A DNA stretch of 64,000 nt, taken from NCBI GenBank assembly GCA_026770705.1, contig JANJGN010000012.1:45880001-45944000 (forward strand). The letters are read 5' to 3'. Below are positions 1-10,862 of this stretch, piece after piece. Source of the DNA: Isurus oxyrinchus. Taxonomy: Eukaryota. Position numbers and translations under genes: made by a program. Below the pieces are notes generated by a model. It worked only from the letters and a program-made list of their open reading frames with translations, had not been told where the DNA came from and did no database searches. Every line of letters starts with the position of its first letter. Position 1 is the stretch's first letter.

Positions 1-1612
1 CCACAGCAGGAACTCATCCATGGCTATTGTGATGGAGTGCAGGTGTGCACACATCCCTGCATTCTGCTGGACCAGGGTCTCCATGGTGCCTGCCACCCTC
101 CCCATGGAGACCTCCATACGCACACATGTGGGCACCACTTCATCAGAGAGCAGGCAGACGCACTCCTCCGAATTGCTTGCCATTATTTTGAGGGCTTCCA
201 ACAACTCTGTATGATGTTCACTCCAATACTGCTGATTATACAGGATGCGTTGGATAGCCGAATCCAGAGGCTCATCATCTGACCCGGACCTTTCAGATGC
301 CTTTTCCCAAGCAATCCTTTGAGCACCAGGGAGTTTGGCTGAAACAGCTTCCTCCTGCTGTGGACATGTCTATGTGGTAACCATCAAATTGTGAACCCAA
401 ACCTGCTCTAGATCTAGGTCCCATCGAGGTATGTATCTCCGCGCTCATGAAGGGTATGGGTAAGCACCGTGATGGGTCCCCCAGGCTGCTTATTTCCAGC
501 TCTTCAATGGAGGAGGTGTCTTCTTGTCTGAAGGTGAGGCCCTGGATGGAGTTGAGGGACTGGCTGGCTGAAGGTGTCAGTCACTTGGCAGATCTCCCTG
601 TGAACCAAAGTAGGGATGATTAGTGCATGTCAGCAGAATCAGGGGCAGGACAGAGAGCATTCGCAGTTGTGTTGAGGGAGCAATGATGTGGTGCAGGACC
701 CTCATGAGGATGTTCACCACCGACTTCACCATCACTGCAGGCACAGTCCACATCCTCACTAGTCAGCACGATGGCACATTCCTAAAACCTGAGTGAGGGG
801 ACTAATGTGGGCCACTCCATCCCCAGTCTGGGACCTCCCCCTGCTGTTGTGAGCCAGCTTCTCCTGCATGAAAACAGATGGAGAGAGTGGGAGCAGGACA
901 TGTGGCACTGTTACACACTGTTGGCATAGCGTGGAATGTTTGTGTGGTGAGTGGAGACATGATTGGGATGATGGAGGTGAACTCCAGAGGATATGAGCCT
1001 GAGGAAGACCTGAGGGTGTGTGTGAGAGTTAGGGGTGTTGTCCCTTGAGGCATGAGATCCCTGTAGATGTGTGATGGGTTTGTGAGTGTGTGAGTTGAAA
1101 TTGATGAGAAGAGTGATTTACCCTGGAGGAACAGATGAGACCATTCATCCTGTTGTGGCACTGGGTGGTTGTCCTTTTTTGCAGGGCACTGGCACTGACT
1201 ACCGCTGCCACCATGCTGGATTAGTAATGTGGCTTCCCATCCTGTGGCCAGAGCAAGGGTAGAGGACATCACAGCAGGCCTCCACTGTGTCTAAAAGGCA
1301 CTTGAGGGATGCATCATTAAACAGGGGCAGCTGCAGTTTTTTTGCCTTTTGGTGCCATGTCCTCTTTGCAGCAGTCGTGGGCTTGAAGCACTGAGAAGTG
1401 TGTGTGCCCGGCTTGAGGAAGCGGCACAGTGATAGTGTGGCGGGTAAACGAGAGCACACCCACCATCGAACCTGTCTGTTTCCCAGGAATGCATAATTAA
1501 TAAGGTGGGATTGAGACAATACAGCGAGAAAAGCTGCCATTGCGTCTGGTGGATAAAATGTCCTTTTCCTGCCCTTTACCGCACTTAGTGCAAAGCTGGG
1601 ACAATTCCGCCC
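1..1612 (-). mobile_element. PIF/Harbinger-like DNA transposon remnant carrying a decayed, spliced Myb/SANT-like DNA-binding gene
   Basis: Minus strand ~1120-1335 reads (with frameshift) PLFNDASLKCLLDTVEACCDVLYP..HITNPAW..VAAVVSASALQKRTTTQCHNRMNGLICSSR, then a GT donor. The next exon reads EKLAHNSRGRSQTGDG. This resembles the Harbinger-associated Myb/SANT protein. The terminus GGGCGGAATTGTC (revcomp, ending 1612) is TIR-like. The left end lies outside the window. Confidence 0.65.
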
Positions 1613-1844
1613 AATATTTCAGATACTTCTTGTGGTAGGGAACTACTAGTACTGTCAGTGTGTGGTTCAGTAAAGTGAAATTCAGTTTTATAATGTTTCT
1701 ATTAATGAGAGAACCACAAGCTAAGAGTATTGCATCAACATGTGGTTGTTATTGGACATATAATCTGCAATTTACACTCCAGCCCAGGACAGAGGGAGCA
1801 GTCACTGTTATGAAGTTTCTTGAAAATCCAAATCTTTGAAGCAC

Positions 1845-2430
1845 AATCTACATAAGACGCTTGTTAGGCTTTATCTGAAGTACTGCGTCTAGTTCTGGGC
1901 ATCATACTTGAGGAAGGATATGAAGGCTTTGGAGAGAGAACAGAGGAGATTCACAAGAATGATTCCAGCAATAAAGGACTGTAGTTATGAGGATAGATTG
2001 GAGAAGTTGGGACTCTTTTCCTTGGAGAAAAGAAGGCTGAGAGGAGACTTGATAGAGGCATTCAAGATCCTGAGGGGTATGGACAGGATAAATAGTGAGA
2101 AACTGTTCTCACTCAAGAGGACATCAAGAACTAGAGGGCACAGATTCAAAATAATTGGCAAAAGGAGTAAATGTGATTTTGGGATTTTTTTTTTCACCCA
2201 GAGGGTGGTTGGAGTCTGGAACAGACTTCCTGAGAGGGTGGTGGAAACAGGTTCGATTGAGGTATTCAAAAGGGAATTGGATTGCTACCTGAAAAGAAAG
2301 AGTGTGAAAAGTTACAGGGATAAGAAGGAGAGTGGGACTAGGTGGAATGCTCTTTCAGAGAGCCAATGCAGACTCGATGGGCCAAACGGCCTCCTTCTGC
2401 ACTGTAACAATACAGTGATACTGTGAATCC
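1845..2430 (+). mobile_element. CR1-clade LINE, 5'-truncated 3' end
   Basis: ORF 1908-2426 has the CR1 ORF2 C-terminal motifs LERxQRRFTRMIP, YEDRLEKLGLFSLEKRRLRGDLIE and FFTQRVVGVWNRLP, followed by a CR1-type 3' UTR. Confidence 0.9.
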
Positions 2431-2642
2431 ACAGAATCTTGTGAATTATGGAGTGAAATGTTTTTCGTCAGGCAAACATTAGTAGGAGAAGTGATACAGG
2501 GCCATATTCTAAAGGGCTCAATAAAGATTGTGAAAGTCGCCACAAAGTCTCAATGGGGAAAGGCGCTAAGGCCTTTGGTCATAGATACCAAGTGGCTGGA
2601 AAATTGTAAAACCCCTCGGGATACATGAGACGAATATAGCAA

Positions 2643-3600
2643 TTTTTTTTCTCTATTGATTCATGAGATATAGGTGTCGCTGTCTAGGCTAGCATTTATT
2701 GCCCATCCCTAATTTTCTTTGAGAAGGTGGTGGTGAGCTGCCTTCTTGAACTGCTGCGATCCATGTGGTGTAGGTACACCCACAACACTGTTAGGGAGGG
2801 AGTTCCAGGATTTTCTACAGGGACAGTGAAGGAACGGAAATATAGTTCCAAGTCATGATGGTGTGTGGCTTGGAGGGGCACTTCCAGGTGGTGGTGTTCC
2901 CATGTGTCTACTGTCCTTGCCCTTCTAGATGGTAGTGGTCATGGGCTTGGAAGGTGCTGTCTGAGGAATCTTGGTTCCTGCAGTGCAGCTTGTGGATGAT
3001 ACACACTGCTGCTACTGTGCGTCAGTGGTGGAGGGAACAAATGTTTGTGGATGGGGTACCAATCAAGTGGGCTGCTTTGTCCTGGATGGTGTTGAACTTC
3101 TTGAGTGTTGTTGGAGCTGAACTCATTCAGGCAAGCGAAATGTATTCTATCACACTCCTGACCTTGTCGATAGTGGACAGATTTTGGGGAGTCAAGGAGT
3201 GAGTTACTCACTGCAGGATTTCTAGCCTCTGCCCTGCTCTTCCAGCCACAGTATTTATATGGTTAGTCCAGTTCAGTTTCTGGTTAATGGTAACCCCCCT
3301 AGGATACTGATAGTGGGGGATTCAGTGATGGTGATGCCATTGAATATCATGGGGTGATGGTTAAATTCTCTCTTGTTGGAGGTGGTCATTGCTTGGCACT
3401 TGTGTGGCATGAATGTTACTTGCCATTTGTCACCCCAAGCCTGGATATTGTCCAGGTCTTGCTGCATTTGGACATGGACTACTTCAGTATCTGAGGAGTC
3501 GTGAATGGTGCTGAACTTTATGCAATCATCAGCGAACATCTCCACTTCTGACCTTATGATGGAAGAAAGGTCATTGATAAAGCAGCTGAAGGTGGTTGGG
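2643..3600 (-). mobile_element. APE-RT LINE (second family), 3' fragment
   Basis: RT motif MFADDC..QQDLDNIQAW..KWQVTF on the minus strand. Its 3' tail (gggatgggcaataaatgct...) is shared with the copies at 19410 and 46140. Confidence 0.85.
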
Positions 3601-4011
3601 CTATATTACAGATATAATCTGTAATTGAAAGTGACGGACCTCAGAGTAACACACACTGTATTGAAGGAATGTGATCTGATATGCACTTCATGTAAAATCC
3701 AATTTGAACTATTATATAATGTACATTTACAAATTTTATGAATAAAATATATTTTTGAACAAAAATGGGGAAATAGGAAATATCAGAAGATAAACTATGT
3801 TCTGTTTAAAATGTAAGAGTTTCTAATAGGACTGAGGTATCTCTACATCAACCTGTGTTTCTAACATTCAGACATTCCAGTCTGAGAAGGAAGTGTCTGA
3901 TAGGTAATACTGCAGAGTTGTGAAAGCATTTATGGCAATTGGATAGGTATATCAGAATATTCAAATTAAATTGCTAGGGAAGAACATAACTGCATAGATT
4001 AAACTAGTAAA

Positions 4012-4032
4012 ATATATATATATATATATATA
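4012..4032. repeat. (TA)n microsatellite
   Basis: Direct reading: about 10 TA units at the junction between captured DNA and PLE sequence. Confidence 0.9.
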
Positions 4033-4381
4033 TGGCACCACCCCATGCCCACGCAAAAGATGTAACACCTGCCCCTTCACTTCCTCTCTCCTCACCGTCC
4101 AAGGGCCCAAACACTCCTTTCAAGTGAAGCAACATTTCACTTGCATTTCCCCCAACTTAGTCTACTGCATTCGTTGCTCCCAATGTGGTCTCCTCTACAT
4201 TGGAGAGACCAAACGTAAACTGGGCGAACGCTTTGCAGAACACCTGCGGTCTGTCCGCAAGAATGACCCAAACCTCCCTGTCGCTTGCCATTTTAACACT
4301 CCACCCTGCTCTCTTGCCCACGTCTGTCCTTGGCTTGCTGCATTGTTCCAGTGAAGCCCAACGCATACTGGAGGAACAACA

Positions 4382-4614
4382 GATATAAGAACGGGGAAGC
4401 TGCGGATGCTGGAGGTCCAAGGCAGGGGCAGGGTTGCCTGGAGGGGCTCGGCGGGTCTGGCAGCATCGGCGGAGAGGAGTTGGCGTTTCGGGTCCTCGTG
4501 GCCCTTTGACAGAAGTTCTGTTGGGGGGTCGTGGGGGCTTGAAGCGTCAACTCTTTTCTTCTCCGCCGATGCTGCCGGACCTGCTGGGTTTTTCCAGGCA
4601 ATTCTGTTTTTGTT
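4382..4614 (+). mobile_element. Nested fold-back (inverted) PLE pLTR insertion with A>G hypermutation
   Basis: 14-bp TSD CTGGAGGAACAACA at 4368-4381 and 4615-4628. Arms 4421-4514 and 4515-4614 are reverse and forward copies of 5088-5187. Confidence 0.88.
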
Positions 4615-5086
4615 CTGGAGGAACAACACCTCATCTTCCGACTAGGCACCTTACAGCCTTCCGGAGTGAATATTGAATTCAACAACTTTAGGTCGTGAGC
4701 TCTCTCCCCCATCCCCACCCCCTTTCTGTTTCCCCCTTCCTTTTTTTTCCAATAAATTATAAAGATTTTCCTTTTCCCACCTATTTCCATTATAAAAAAA
4801 ATAAATAAAAAAAAAACACACCCCCACTAGAGCTATACCTTGAGTGCCCTACCATCCATTCTTAATTAGCACATTCATTTAGATAATATCACCAACTTTA
4901 ACACTTATGTGTTCTATTGTACCATTGTCGTTGACATCTTTTGATGATCTGCTTCTATCACTGCTTGTTTGTCCATACAACCACACCCCCCTCCCCCCCA
5001 CCTCTCTCTCTCTCTATCTCTCCGCCCCCCACACACACACACCTTAAACCAGCTTATATTTCAACTCTTTCTTGGACTTGAACTCA

Positions 5087-5125
5087 AGTTCTGTCGAAGG
5101 GTCATGAGGACTCGAAACGTCAACT
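5087..5125 (+). ncRNA. Minimal (Penelope-type) hammerhead ribozyme motif, variant core
   Basis: AGTT-CTGTCGA-A-GGGTC-ATGAG-GACTC-GAAAC-GTC-AACT. Stem I is AGTT/AACT, stem II is GGGTC/GACTC, palindromic ACGT sits at stem III, and the cleavage triplet is GUC. The core has U in place of the canonical A6. Confidence 0.6.
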
Positions 5126-5232
5126 CTTTTCTTCTCCGCCGATGCTGCCAGACCTGCTGAGTTTTTCCAGGTAATTCTGTTTTTGTTCTGTGTTTCTAAC
5201 GCTGAATGGGAGGGTTTCAGATCCTTGCTCTG

Positions 5233-5278
5233 ATTGGTCAGTGTGAATCACTCTAATTTGCATGGATTTCCTTCCTGA
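5233..5278 (+). promoter_or_regulatory. Ig light-chain V1 promoter: inverted CCAAT, octamer ATTTGCAT (5256-5263), Ets-like CTTCCTG
   Basis: Perfect light-chain-orientation octamer. The block is homologous to 36063-36100 upstream of V2. Confidence 0.8.
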
Positions 5279-5291
5279 TGTGAATGGGTCT

Positions 5292-5770
5292 TGAGAAAGA
5301 AAAATCACCTAAAGGGTTAAATTATAAAGGGAAGCAAGAACAGAAAAATAAGAAGAACAAGCCTGGACATGTGAAATGACCTGAGATCAAAGGTTAGGCA
5401 AAGAGTGGATAAAAAGGATACATGCCACAATAAACACAGATGTCGTTTCATGGAATGAATAGTACATTGTTAGAAGAGATAAGGGATTATCAAGAAACTG
5501 TATGGGTAAGCAAAATCAATTACCTAACATAGATATAATTATAAGAGAATAAAGAAGGGCAAGTTAATAAGATCACTCAAGTTAATAAGATCACTGTGTA
5601 AATATGCTGGAGTCACGTAATTGTACTGTATAAATACTGCTTGTTGAACACTGTAACTTCGAGCAGATCCGTTGTGATCTCCACCCAATGGCCATCGTAT
5701 GGTTCAGCGCTTAATAAATTGTACTTTTTTTACTGAAGTAACCTGCATTTGCTGTATTTATTCTTTAACA
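5292..5770 (+). mobile_element. Solo LTR inserted between the octamer and TATA-like box of V1
   Basis: Starts TG and ends CA, with a 4-bp TSD GTCT (5288-5291, 5771-5774). Internal TATAAA at 5629-5634, AATAAA at 5713-5718 and an 18-bp tandem repeat at 5560-5595. It is absent from the homologous site in cluster 2 (gtgaatgggtttataactggg). Confidence 0.85.
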
Positions 5771-5857
5771 GTCTATATCTGGGTTCAATGGGCAGCTGCT
5801 GTCAAAGTCTGTCACAGGTACACTTGGTGAAGGGAGCCTGGAAGCTCACTGGCAGAA

Positions 5858-5906
5858 ATGATGCGCACGTTGTGTTTTTTCCGGTCTCTGATGCTGTGGC
5901 TAGGCT
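5858..5906 (+). pseudogene. Ig light-chain V1 leader exon (splice donor mutated GT>AT)
   Basis: MMRTLCFFRSLMLWLG + 1 nt, followed by ATAAGT where cluster 2 has GTAAGT. Confidence 0.8.
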
Positions 5907-6019
5907 ATAAGTGCAAACACTGAACTTTGCTCCCACCACAGCAGCAGATGTGGGGTCGGGGACTTAGAGTCATTTTTAAAGACTCAATGAACAATGTTTA
6001 ATTCTTGCTGTTTTTATAG

Positions 6020-6342
6020 ATGGACAGTCTCAGACTCTGACTCAGCTTCCAGACCTGACCGTGAAACCGGGAAACACAGCCACACTGGACTGCAACATTG
6101 GAACAGATGATAATAAGGTTGTAATCTGGTCCAGACACCAGGAGCAGCTCCTCAAGGGATCCTCAGCTTTTACCATTCATGGGACACCCCTAAATATGGT
6201 TCCGGATTTAGCAGTGACCGTTTCACATCAAAAGCCAACAGCGGCCACAACATTTACCAGTTAATCATAAAGAACGTGTAAGTGAATGATGCTGCCGTCT
6301 ATTACTGTGGAAAGAGGGTTGCATCGAGCAGTACTTATGTGC
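6020..6342 (+). pseudogene. Ig light-chain sigma-like V segment pseudogene (V1)
   Basis: Acceptor TTTATAG, then QTLTQLPDLTVKPGNTATLDCNIGT..W / QTPGAAPQGILSFYHSWDTPKYGSGFSSDRFTS..YQLIIKNV*VNDAAVYYCGK. The long CDR2 with YGSGFSS is typical of sigma V. A ~4-nt deletion follows Trp at ~6130, and there is a TAA at 6279-6281. Confidence 0.92.
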
Positions 6343-6370
6343 CACAGTGACAGAAGGTAAAACAAAATCT
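6343..6370 (+). promoter_or_regulatory. 12-bp-spacer RSS of V1
   Basis: CACAGTG-acagaaggtaaa(12)-ACAAAATCT. Confidence 0.92.
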
Positions 6371-6678
6371 GGGAACAGCAAATGTTATACAGTTAATATC
6401 TTTATATCTGAAAACATTCCAATTGTTTGCATTTCATAAAATCACTTTAATTTTGTCCTTTGTACAATATTTTAAAATTAATATCATTTCTTAATGATAA
6501 CATTCTGAATCTCACTGCCCAGTATTGGGTGTTGATATTTTAATGTCAGTGTGTGGATGTTGCTATGAGTTCATTCCTTACTGTCCCTCACCAGCAGGAA
6601 CACTGGGAATACATGAAGTCTGATTAATGCTGGGACTGGAGAATCTGAATGTGTTTTCTGTCTGATTCCAGGATCCTG

Positions 6679-6717
6679 GATAACTGTATGGACTGAACCC
6701 TAGAACATCACACTATG
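6679..6717 (-). promoter_or_regulatory. 23-bp-spacer RSS of J1 (heptamer mutated in the invariant CAC)
   Basis: GATAACTGT-23 nt-CACTATG. Read from the coding flank the heptamer is CATAGTG. Confidence 0.8.
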
Positions 6718-6754
6718 TGGGTGTTCGGCCAAGGGACCAAACTCTTTGTTGCAG
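6718..6754 (+). CDS. Ig light-chain J segment J1
   Basis: WVFGQGTKLFVA-G|GTAAGT: FGXG motif and an intact phase-1 donor. Confidence 0.93.
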
Positions 6755-6924
6755 GTAAGTGGCTGGAAATTCCTTTCTGCAGAAACCAGCTGTGTGAATT
6801 TAAATATTTGGAAATTAATCGATAATTCAAATTCAGTTATTTCCGAGCGCCTATTTTTTAAATGTCAATTTTACATTGAACATGCTGGTGACATGTTTAG
6901 TCTCCAGCACCAGTTCAGTTAATT

Positions 6925-9900
6925 CACAGAATCACAGTGCAGAAGGGGCACTTCGGCCCATCGATTCTGCACCGATATGTGAGAAACACCTGACCTACCT
7001 ACCTAATCCCATTTACCAGCTCTTGGCCCATAGCCTTGAATGTATGACGTGCCAAGTGCTCATCCATGTACTTTTTAAAGGATGTGAGGCAAGCCGCCTC
7101 CACCACTCTCCCAGGCAGTGCATTCCAGACTGTCACCACCCTCTGGGTAAAAAAGCTTTTCCTCACATCCCCCCTAAACCTCCTGCCCCTCATCTTGAAC
7201 TTATACCCCCTTGTGAATGACCCTTCAACTAAGGGAAACAGCTTCTCCCTATCCACCCTGTCCATGCCACTCATAATCTTGTACACCTCGATCAGGTCGC
7301 TCCTCAGTCTTCTCTGCTCCAACAAAAACAACCCAAGTCTATCCAACCTCTCTTCATAACTTAAATGTTTCAGCCCAGGCAACATCCTGGTGATTCTCCT
7401 CTGCACCCCCTCCAGTGCAATCACATCCTTCCTATAATGTGGCGACCAGAACTGCACACAGTACTCCAGCTGTGGCCTCACTAAGATTCTATACAACTCC
7501 AACATGACCTCCCTACTTTTGTAATCTATGCCTCGATTGATAAAGGCAAGTGTTCCAAATGCGTTTTTCACCACTCCACTAAGGTGCCCTTCTGCCTTCA
7601 GAGATCTATGGACACACACGCCAAGGTCCCTTTATTCCTCAGAACTTCCTAGTACCATGCCGTTCATTGAATACTTCCTTGTCAAATTACTCCTTCCAAA
7701 GTGTATCACCTCACACTTTTCATGGTTAAATCCGCCACCTATCTGCCCATTTGACCATCCCGTCTATATCTTCCTGTAGCCCAAGGCACTCAGCCTCACT
7801 GTTAACCACCCGGCCAATCTTTGTGTCATCTGCAAACTTACTAATCCTATCCCCCACATGGTCATCTATATCTTTTATATAAATGACAAATAATAGGGAA
7901 CCGAGTACAGATCCCTGTAGTACGCCAGTGGACACTGGCTTCCAGTCACTAAAACATCCTTCTGTCATCACCTTCTGCCTCCTACAACTAAGCCAATTTT
8001 GAATCTACCTTATCAAATTACCCTGTATCCCATGTGCATTTGCCTTCTTTATAAGTCTCCCTTGTGGGACCTTGTCAAAGGCTTTGCTGAAATCCATATA
8101 AACTATATCAACTGCACTACCCTCATCTACACACCTGGTCACCTCCTCAAAAAATTCAATCAAATTTGTTAGGCATGACCTCCCTCTGACAAAGCCATGC
8201 TGATTATTCCTGATCAAACCTTGCCCCTCCAAGTGGAGATAGATACACTCCTTCAGAACTTTCTCCAATAGTTTCCCTACCACTGACATGAGGCTCACTG
8301 GCTTGTCATTCCCTGGCTTATCTCTACTAACCCTTCTTAAATAGCGGAACCACATTAGCTGTTCTCCAGTCCTCTGGCACCTCCCCCGTGGCCAGAGAGG
8401 AATTAGAAATTTGGGTCAGAGCCCCTACAACCTCCTCCCTTGCCACCCTCAGAAGTCTGGGACACAAATCTTTCGGACTTGGAGTTTTGTCCACTTTTAA
8501 GCCTGCCAACACCCCCAATACCTTGTCACTCCTCATATCAATTTGCTTAAGAACCTCGCAGTCTCTCTCCCTGAGTTTGATACCTTCATCCTCATTCTCT
8601 TGGGTGAAGGCGGATGTGAAGTATTCATTCAACACTCTAGCGATGTCCTCTGGCTCCACCCATAGATTGTCCCCTTGGTCCCTTATGGGCCCTGGTTCCC
8701 TGGTTATCCTCTTCCTATTGATATACTTATAGAATATCTTGGGATTTTCCCTACTTTTACCAGTGAAAGCTTTCTCATCCCCTCCTTGCTCTCCTAATTG
8801 CTTTCTTAAGCTCCACCCTGCACTTTCTGTACTCCACTAATGCCTCTGCTGATTTGCTTCCCTTGTGTACCTGCTAAAAGCCTCTCTTTTCCTTCTCATA
8901 GTATCCTGAATATCTCTGGTCATCCATGGTTCTCTGGGCTTGTTACTCCTTTCTATCACCCTAGAGGGAACGTTGAGTCTGTACCCTCCCCATGTCCTTT
9001 TTGAACACCCCCCCACTGTTCCTCTGTAAATTTCCCCACAAGTAACTGTTCCCAGTCTGCCTTGACCAGATCCTGCCTTATTTTACTAAAATCCACTCTC
9101 CCCCAATCCAAAACATTTTTTGCAACTTGTCGATTTCCTTGTCCATAACAAACTTAAACTGTACCATGTTGTGGTTGCTATCACTAAAATGCTCGCCCAC
9201 CACCATCTCAGCCATCTGTCCGGCTTCATTCCCCAGAATTAGGTGCAGCAATGCACCGTGCCTTGTTGTACCCTCTACATACTGACCTAAAATATTCTCC
9301 TGTACACATTTCAAGAAATCCACTCCATCTAAACCCTTAACACTATGTCTATTCCAATTAATGTTGGTAAAGTTGAACTCACCTAATATAATTACCCTAT
9401 TATTGTTTTTACACACCTCCACAAATTGTGCACATATTTGCTCCTCAATTTCCCACTGACTATATGCGGCTCTATAATCAACACCTAATAATGTGGTTGC
9501 CCCTTTTTTATTGCTTAGCTGTACCCAAAAAGCTTCATTCAATGCCCCCTCCAAGTTTTATTTCTCCTTACTGCCGTAACTGATACCTTAATTAATAACG
9601 CAATGCCTCCTACTCTTTTACCCCCTCCCCTGTCTCGCCTGAAGATTCTATATCCCGGAATGTTGAGCTGCCAATCCTACCCTTCCCTCAACCATGTCTC
9701 AGTGATGGCTACTATATCACAATTCCACATGTCAATCCTCACCCTTAACTCATCCATTTTACCTGTAATACTCCTGATATTAAAGTAGAGGCCATCCAGC
9801 CTTGCCTTACTCCCTTGAAGCTTATTGCAGCTGTAATCCCTCTGACCTGATTGTTTTACTGTATTATCATGTGTCCCTATTCTGCTAACATTCTGTGTTC

Positions 9901-10862
9901 CCTCCCCCTGCCGAATTAGTTTAAGCTCCTCCCAACAGCACTAGCAAACATGTCCGCAAGGATGTTAGTCCCACTCTGGTTCAGATGTAGACCATCCCGT
10001 TTGTACAGGTCCCACCTTCCCCAGAAACGGTCCCAGTGATCCAGGAAACTAAAACCCTCCCTCATGCACCAAATCTTAAGCTATGTGTTTATCCGTGCTA
10101 TTCTCCTATTTCTGAGCTCGCTAACACGTGGCACTGGGAGTAATCCAGAGATTACAACCCGAGAGGTTTCGCTTTTTAGTCTACTGCCTAACTCCCTGAA
10201 TTCTTGATGCAAGACCTCATCCCTCTTTCTACCTATGTCATTGGTACCAACATGTACCATGACCTCTGGCTTATCACCCTCCCCCTTCAGGATGCCCTGC
10301 AGCTGTGCAGTGACATCCCGGACCTTGGCACCAAGGAAGCAATATACCATCCTGGAGTCACTTTGACGGCCACAGTAGCGCCTATCTCTTCCCCTGACTA
10401 TAGAATCCCCTATTACTATTGCTCTTCCTCCCTTCCTCCCCTCCTGTACAGACAGGCTGCTTGTGGTGCCAGAAGCTTGGCTCTGTCCACACTCCCTGGA
10501 GGAACCTGCGCCCTCATCAGCCTCCAAAACAGAATACCGATTGGCGAGCGGTACCCCAGGGGATTCTTGAACTACCTGACTGTTTCTCTTGGACTGCCTG
10601 TTGGTCACCTATTCCCTTCCTTCCTCAAGTTCCTTCATCTGCGGTGTGACCACCTCTCTAAATGTGCTATCCACGATGCTCTCAGACTCACGGATGCTCC
10701 ACAGTGTCCCCAGCCACCATTTCAGCTCTGAAACCCGAGCTTCCAGGAGCTGCAGCTGGACACACTTGCTGCACACATGCTGGTCCTGGGCACTGGAAAT
10801 GTCCCCGGCTTCCCACATGGAGCACACCATGGCTTTGAGTGCTCCTGCCATGACTTATCCCT
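6925..10862 (-). mobile_element. Near full-length CR1 LINE (ORF1 zinc-finger + SGNH esterase; ORF2 APE-RT, disrupted) in the J1-C1 intron
   Basis: ORF1 pieces VCSKCVQLQLLEARVSEL and IVIGDSIVRG..VMVHVGTNDIGR. ORF2 pieces include the APE region, [25 protein letters not shown] and the CR1 C-terminus. Confidence 0.95.

Larger units (their letters stand above)
3866..5187 (+). mobile_element. Penelope-like element 3' portion (GIY-YIG end + pseudo-LTR) with 5' captured DNA, inserted upstream of the V1 promoter
   Basis: GIY-YIG motif LVYCIRCSQCGLLYIGETKRKLGERFAEH (ORF 4124-4354). 13-bp TSD CTGTGTTTCTAAC at 3853-3865 and 5188-5200. The empty site is visible in the cluster 2 promoter (~36010-36040). 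Confidence 0.9.

Noticed and set aside
4382-4614. APOBEC/AID editing as the cause of the hypermutation
   Set aside because: Cytidine deaminases give C>T/G>A. Other copies in the window (5088-5187, 56449-56545, 35333-35477) carry A at most of these sites, so the polarity is A>G.
4195-4790. Several overlapping 80-165 aa ORFs on both strands
   Set aside because: By-products of the GC-enriched inverted pLTR insertion; no recognisable protein.
6020-6754. Germline-joined VJ as found in some cartilaginous fish clusters
   Set aside because: Both clusters keep separate V and J with RSSs and a ~360-bp spacer.
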